Shown here piece after piece: positions 58,054 to 64,000 of a stretch of 64,000 bases of DNA. The notes under the pieces were generated by a model. The model was not told the DNA's origin and did not search any database. It saw nothing but the letters and a program-made list of their open reading frames with translations. Every line of letters begins with the position of its first letter. Position 1 is the first letter of the stretch. Both the position numbers and the translations under genes were made by a program. The stretch covers positions 6,262,001 to 6,326,000 of the forward strand of contig CM120640.1 in assembly GCA_051362555.1 (NCBI GenBank), read 5' to 3'. This DNA is from Lingula anatina. Taxonomy: Eukaryota; Animalia; Brachiopoda.

Positions 58054-61000
58054 TCAGTGAAGTCCCTGTCTCCATGATGGTACCGCCCTGGAAGAATAAA
58101 ATTATATTATAAAATGTCAATTGTTTTAATCCCATGTTTTTATGTACAGACACAGATGTGTCTGTACATATAGCCATCATCTGCGTCTGTCGTCGCCGTC
58201 GCCGTCGTTGCCGTCGTCGCCGTGCACTTTTACCGATAACACGATAAGTGGAAAACTGTTTTTTCTTTTGGCTTGAAACTTACAGAACTGATGAATATTC
58301 ATAATACGCAGGTCAAGTTAGAAAATCAGCATGATCAGGTCACTTATAGGGAATTTATGCTGTTTTTTCACTTTTTTCAGCATATAGGCAGCACCGATAA
58401 CATGATAAGTGGAAAACCATTTTACCTTTTGGCTTGAGAACTTACAGAACTGATGAATATTCATAATACGCAGGTCGAGTTTGAAAATCAGCATGATTGG
58501 GTGATTTTTAGTTAATTTAGGCTATTTTTTCTCTTTTTTCAGCATATATGCAGCACCGATAACACCTTAAATGGAAAACCATTTTACCCTTTGGCTTGAA
58601 ACTTACAGAACTGATGAATATTCATAATACGCAGGTCAAGTTTGAAAATCAGCATGATTGGGTCTTTTTGAGTGAATTCAGGCTATTTTTTCACTTTTTT
58701 TCAGCATTTTTGCAACACCGATAACACAATAAATGAAAAGCTGTTTTACCCTTTGGCTTGAAACTTACAGAACTGATAAATATTCATAATACTCAGGTCA
58801 AGTTCGAAAATCAGCATGATCGGGTCACTTATAGGGAATTTATGCTGTTTTTTCACTTTTTTCAGCATATATGCAGCACAGATAACACGATAAGTGGAAA
58901 ACCATTTTACCTTTTGGCTTGAAACTTACAGAACTGATGAATATTCATAATACGCAGGTCAAGTTTGAAAATCAGGGTGATTGGGTCATTTTTAGTTAAT
59001 TTAGGCTATTTTTTTCTCTTTTTTCAGCATATATGCAGCACCGATAACACCATAAATGGAAAACCATTTTACCCTTTTGGCTTGAAACTTACAGAACTGA
59101 TGAATATTAATAATACACAGGTCAAGTTTGAAAATCAGCATGATTGGGTCATTTTTAGTGAATTTAGGCTATTTTTTCACTTTTTTTCAGCATTTTTGCA
59201 ACACCGATAACACAATAAATGAAAAGCTGTTTTACCATTGCTATACAGAAAACGTGATAAGTTCGAAATTCAGCATGATCCGGCCAATTTTAGGGAAGTT
59301 ATGATGTTTTTTTTTCAAAATTTTCAGCATTTTTATAACACGGAAAACAAGATCAGTGTAAAAATGTTTTTCCCTTTGGTTTGAAACTGATGAATATTCA
59401 TAATACGCAGTTCAAGTTTGAAAATTGGCTTGATTGGACTATATTTACAACAGTTATGCTGTTTTTTCCCTTATTCAGCATATATGCAACACTGATAACA
59501 CATTTTAAGGAAAACCAATCAGCCTTTTGTCTTGCAACTCACAGCAGTGATTAGTCTGACTAGTATACAGATCAAGTTTGAAAATAAGTTTTGATGAAGT
59601 TATTAGCCTTTTTGTATATAAGTGTTTTTCTTCAGATTTAATTCTTAGGCATGTTAACAGTCTCATTATGTAACTAATTAGATATATTTTCTAATTAACT
59701 AATTAGATTTTATTTTCTGGTTCTTAACAATATTGTTAGTTGATTATATAAAAATGATGGTAAACCTGTTATCGTGCATTGTGTAATAAAGCATCATAAA
59801 CAGAAAGGAACTCATCATTGCAGTTTGTCAGATCCAATCATTCACTATGTTCAGAATCTGTGAATGGAACAAATTGGACATTTAAAATTGTTCTATTGAT
59901 ATTTTTCCTATGTCAACAATTTTTCTAGATCATTTAAAATGACAGTAAATTGATTATTTTGTTTTATGTAAAAAGGTGTTGAAAATGGAAAGAAAATCAT
60001 TTCAGTACAGTTATCTCTTGTTTACATTTTGGCATTTTGAATGTGTGACTCTGAACTTCCATGGTTTTGAAGACCTTCCCATATCACATTTTCTGAATAT
60101 CCATGATACTTTAATTTTTTTATAAAAAATTGATGGTCATTATGCTGTTAAGTATTGTGTTATATTGCATGAAAGTTGAAGAAACCCGTATTTTGGACAC
60201 TGCTGCCAGGATAGCTATTAAGGGAAAACCATGTTACTTATGATACTCAGATTTACTAAAAAGTTTCATAAGACTGAAGTGCGGTTTTTGTTGGAAAACC
60301 AATGTGATTGTTTTCTGTTTTGGAAGCAATGCAGTTCTATAGAGTGAACTATGGTGCAATAAATGTATATGGCAGTATATTAATTCAGGGTCATAAAGTA
60401 ATTTGCTTAATTGATTTTCAAGTGGCCATTAAATGAGATTACATAAAACACACGTTCATTAAGTAATTTGCTCAATTAATTTTCAAGTGGCCATTAAATG
60501 AGATTACATAAAACACACGATGAGATTTCATTGTAAAGTCCCCTGGGTATATCTCTCTTAACTGTGTCACATAATAAGGAATCAGTGATTATTGTGCAGG
60601 TAAATGTTAGTCATGCTAGTAATTACACAGCTAGATTAAAAGTTTGAATAGCAGCTTTATTGGAATTTTTTGTTATGTTTTAATTTACAATTTTTTAAAA
60701 TTATTTTTCAAACACTAGCATCTTCAAGATATCACTTTCAACTCCCATCCACCAGAAGCACTGTGCATTTTCTGTTTTTCCACATAAGGAGTTGTATTGG
60801 TTTTTATGTCTTTAAACATTGTGTAATTATATTATTTTATGCACTGTCATCTTTTTTCACATATTGGGATTTTCATTATGTGAATTTGAACTCTCACATA
60901 TGGTTCTGAAACTGTAATCTTATTGACCATGTTATTCTGTTGTACAATTTGTGAAATTTTATCTTTCACATACTGGAATTTTCATCGTGGGACTTATAAC

Positions 61001-64000
61001 TCCCAAGGACATGTAACATTTAACTTTTATTGATACTACCTGTTGTGCAATATTTGCAACTTGACTGTTCTTTTTGGCAAATAATTAATTTTTTTCTAAA
61101 AAGTTTTTTTTTTTGTTATAATCTCTTAAGAAATTATTACAAAGTATAGCCATCTATGGAGGTCACATGGTCTGATGACAAGTTCAGATATCAGAATAAT
61201 AGTTATGACTGCCCTTTTTGTAGTAAAACAAAATATATTATATTTCTGTGAGTTGTTTACACTGTTCAAACTCAAGTTGGATGATTCATATCATGGTTAT
61301 GCAGCTAGACTGAATGGCAGCTTTAGTGGAATATTTTTGTAATTTTTTCTTTAATTTTAAATTTTTCAAACTGGCATTTTCAAGTTGTTTTCACTTTTCA
61401 GCATATATGCAACACTGTAAACACATTTCAAGGAAAACTGATAGGCCTGTTGTCATGAAACTCACTGGGGTAATCGATCTTACTAAATTGAGGTCAAGTT
61501 CGAAAAGCGGCATGATCAGGCCACTATTTTAGTAATTATGCTTTTTTTCCCACTTTTCAGCATATATGCAACACTATAAACACAATATAAAACACAATAG
61601 AAAAACAGATAGGCCAATTGTCATTAAACTCAGAGGAGTGGTCAATGCTGCTAAAACACAGGTTGAGTTTGAAAATCAGCATAATCGTGCCATTATTTTA
61701 GTTATGTTGTTTTTTCATATTTCCTCAGATTCAATTCTTACGCATGTTAACAGTTTCATTAGTTAACTAATAAGATACGTTAAAATGTTTGTTTGACATT
61801 TCCTGCATCTTTACAAATTGTTAGTTGATTTTGTAAAAATAGTGGTAAACTTATTATCGTGTATTGTGTAATAAAGTGTCAAAAATGGAAATAAACTCAT
61901 GTCATAGCAGTTTGTCAGATTCAATCATTCATTATGTTCAGAATCTCAGAATGGAAGAAATTGGACATTTAACACTTACAGGAAAGAAACATGCAACTAA
62001 AATACAGCTTCAGTAGGCAAAGCAGTCTGTTTGGTAATTCTTACTGCCAGTTAAACAGTTTTTTTTGTGAAAATTTAATTTTTCACAAGATATGCTTGAA
62101 GACCCGTGCTAGTCACATTTTCTGAAATCCATGATACGTATATTTTATTTTTTAAAATTGACGGTCTTAATGCTGTTAACCATTATGTAATATTGCATCA
62201 GAATAGAAGAAAACACAATTTTGGGTGCTGCTGCCATGATGACCATTATGGGAAAACCATGTTACTTATGATTGCCAAACTTTCAAAAAAGAAATACAGG
62301 ACTAAAATGCAGCCTGAGTTGGAAAAGTAGTCTAATTGGCTTCTTTTTCTGGAAGTTATACATTTTCAAAGTGTGAACTTGAACTCACATTTTACTTACA
62401 TTGGTATTACCTGTTAAGCATAATTAAAATTTGATGTTGAATTTGCAGTTTAACATAATGTACTTTTGCATCAGAATTGACAGCCTATTTTGTGCATAGT
62501 TGTTTCCTGTTTTTTGTCTGTACATTTGACAGCTTTGCTGCCTTGTTTAAAATCTGATCTTTCATAAAGGGTAAAATTTTCAGGTAATGATCCTTAATAT
62601 TTTTATATGGATCAAATATAGAAAATATATTTTCTAGTACCATTTGGCAAAATAACCCCACATAATGATGCCTACATTATATTTCCAAATAAGATATGCC
62701 TATCTGTGGAAAACAAAGACCTCCCATTTACGACAGCATCTGGTCAGGCTAACTCGTTACCACTTAACAGAGATATATGTGACTTTATGTGAAAAACATA
62801 ATGAGACTGTACCTGTGTTGCATACTAAGCACCTGTCCGCCCCCATTAGGCCCCTTGTTTTTCTCCCTCTCCATCCAGCCTGCGGTGGGTTTAAGTAACC
62901 GAGAGGGATCACGCTTTACATCTACTTTGACCTACAGACATGCAATAATGAATCATTAAGATATCAAATAAAATATGCATCAATGTAGGGATTCAACTTA
63001 ACAACTGACCAATAGGATTTTGCCCAGGCAGATAAATGAAAAAAATTAACTGCATACATACTCATATAGTGCTAAATTTTAGGGTTACAAGTTCATTCCC
63101 TTATTTAATTATATAAAAAGTAAAACTGGCCAAACTAAAAACCTTCCTTATTATGCATTTGCTTACTTGGCTTTTTATTCTTTCCAGTCTTTCCTTCTTC
63201 TTTTTATCAGCCTCTTCTTTTGCCTTCTCCCTTGCCAATTTTTCTTCGAGAAATTTTTTATTCTAAAGGCAAAAAAAAAAAAGAATTCATAGACTATATA
63301 ATTCAAAAACATGGGCACTGCTTCTAAACTAAAAAAAAAAAAAACACATCTTGTATCTGACCAAAGATATAAACAAGTTATCTACTTAGCAGTAACATTT
63401 ACCAATTTTAGAATTTTCACCATGGACATGATAATGGTTGATACATTTTGACCACACAAGACTACACAAAAGAGTTAAGTTTTGATTACTCTCTGTTTCA
63501 ATCTTGGTAATTCCTTTGCTAATTGTTTTCTCTTAGCTTCTGCCTCTGCTTCTCTTTGAGCCATCTCTTCCAGTTTCAAAAAATCATCCACTTCATTCTT
63601 TTGTTGCTTATACTCCTGCACCATTGCTCGTAATTTTTCCTTCAAATAAAAAAGAAATTATTAATCAAAACAGCCAAAAATTATATTAACCAAGAAAGGG
63701 CAGTTTACATGAAAAATTTAAATTATAAGATGAAATAAAATATCAGTGTATAAGTAAATGATATTGTGCTTAAAATGTTCGTAAATTTCAGAACTTTACC
63801 TGACGTTCCTTTTCTCTATCCTCCTCAGCTTTTTTTGAAAGATCTTCTCTTAGTTTTCTTTCCTCTTCTTGTACCCTTTCCAACTCCTTTTGAACCTTTT
63901 ACATTAAAATAAAGATCCTTTTTATCTACAACACATATTAGAATAGATAGTTATTGCTGTGCATTATTTAATATTTACATACCTCTTGGACAAAAAAATT
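58054..64000 (-). CDS. CCDC112: Coiled-coil domain-containing protein 112, 3' part (exons ~63900-63800, ~63640-63490, ~63262-63167, 62931-62813, 58087-58054)
   Basis: EYKQQKNEVDDFLKLEE...ELPRLKQR / NKKFLEEKLAREKAKEE...RLERIKSQ / VKVDVKRDPSRLLKPTAGWMER...GP...MQHR / AVPSWRQGLH*; RDPSRL.KPT.GW.ER and RA.P.WRQG match the CCDC112 C-terminus as I recall it. Confidence 0.85.
58233..59590 (+). repeat. ~162-bp satellite-like tandem array (6 good + ~2 degenerate units)
   Basis: Unit CCGATAACAC...TTTGGCTTGAAACTTACAGAACTGATGAATATTCATAATACGCAGGTCAAGTT.GAAAATCAGCATGAT... starting ~58233, 58394, 58556, 58718, 58879, 59041, 59204; degenerate units again at ~61390-61700. Confidence 0.92.
60398..60519 (+). 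repeat. Two-copy ~63-bp tandem repeat
   Basis: AGTAATTTGCT.AATT.ATTTTCAAGTGGCCATTAAATGAGATTACATAAAACACACG twice. Confidence 0.9.

Larger units (their letters stand above)
58138..62548 (+). mobile_element. Non-autonomous Helentron-type (HINE/DINE-1-like) element, ~4.4 kb
   Basis: T-run then stem-loop TATGTACAGACAC-AGAT-GTGTCTGTACATA (58141-58170), GTC/GCC microsatellite (~58189-58222), internal tandem repeats, 3' subterminal IR TGTCTGTACAT (62515-62525), short hairpin CAGC-TTT-GCTG (62530-62540), terminal TTGTTT. Confidence 0.8.

Noticed and set aside
58233-59590. CRISPR-like array
   Set aside because: Contiguous ~162-bp monomers with no unique spacers, in a eukaryotic intron, no cas genes.

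Overview
AT-rich, intron-rich eukaryotic (invertebrate metazoan, probably lophotrochozoan-like; not provable from sequence) genomic DNA. Gene order: 3' end of a Rab34/Rab36-like GTPase (+); decayed Gypsy gag; 16-exon ABCB half-transporter (-); nicotinic acetylcholine receptor alpha subunit A (+, 18782-30097); MRG15/MORF4L1 (-) head-to-head with an intronless TTI2 (+); a paralogous nAChR alpha subunit B (-, 40458-51427); AMACR (+); 3' part of CCDC112 (-) whose last intron holds a ~4.4 kb Helentron-type element with a 162-bp satellite. Main discovery, not visible in the ORF track: both nAChR paralogs carry two tandem, divergent 110-nt copies of exon 4 (MIR-equivalent region plus binding loop A) that must be spliced mutually exclusively, with conserved intronic splice-control motifs. 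The two inverted paralogs also show near-identical tracts (pore M1-M3, exon 2) inside otherwise synonymously diverged sequence, indicating gene conversion, plus several shared non-coding elements. All gene models and alignments were done by eye; no database searches were run, so novelty is unverified.
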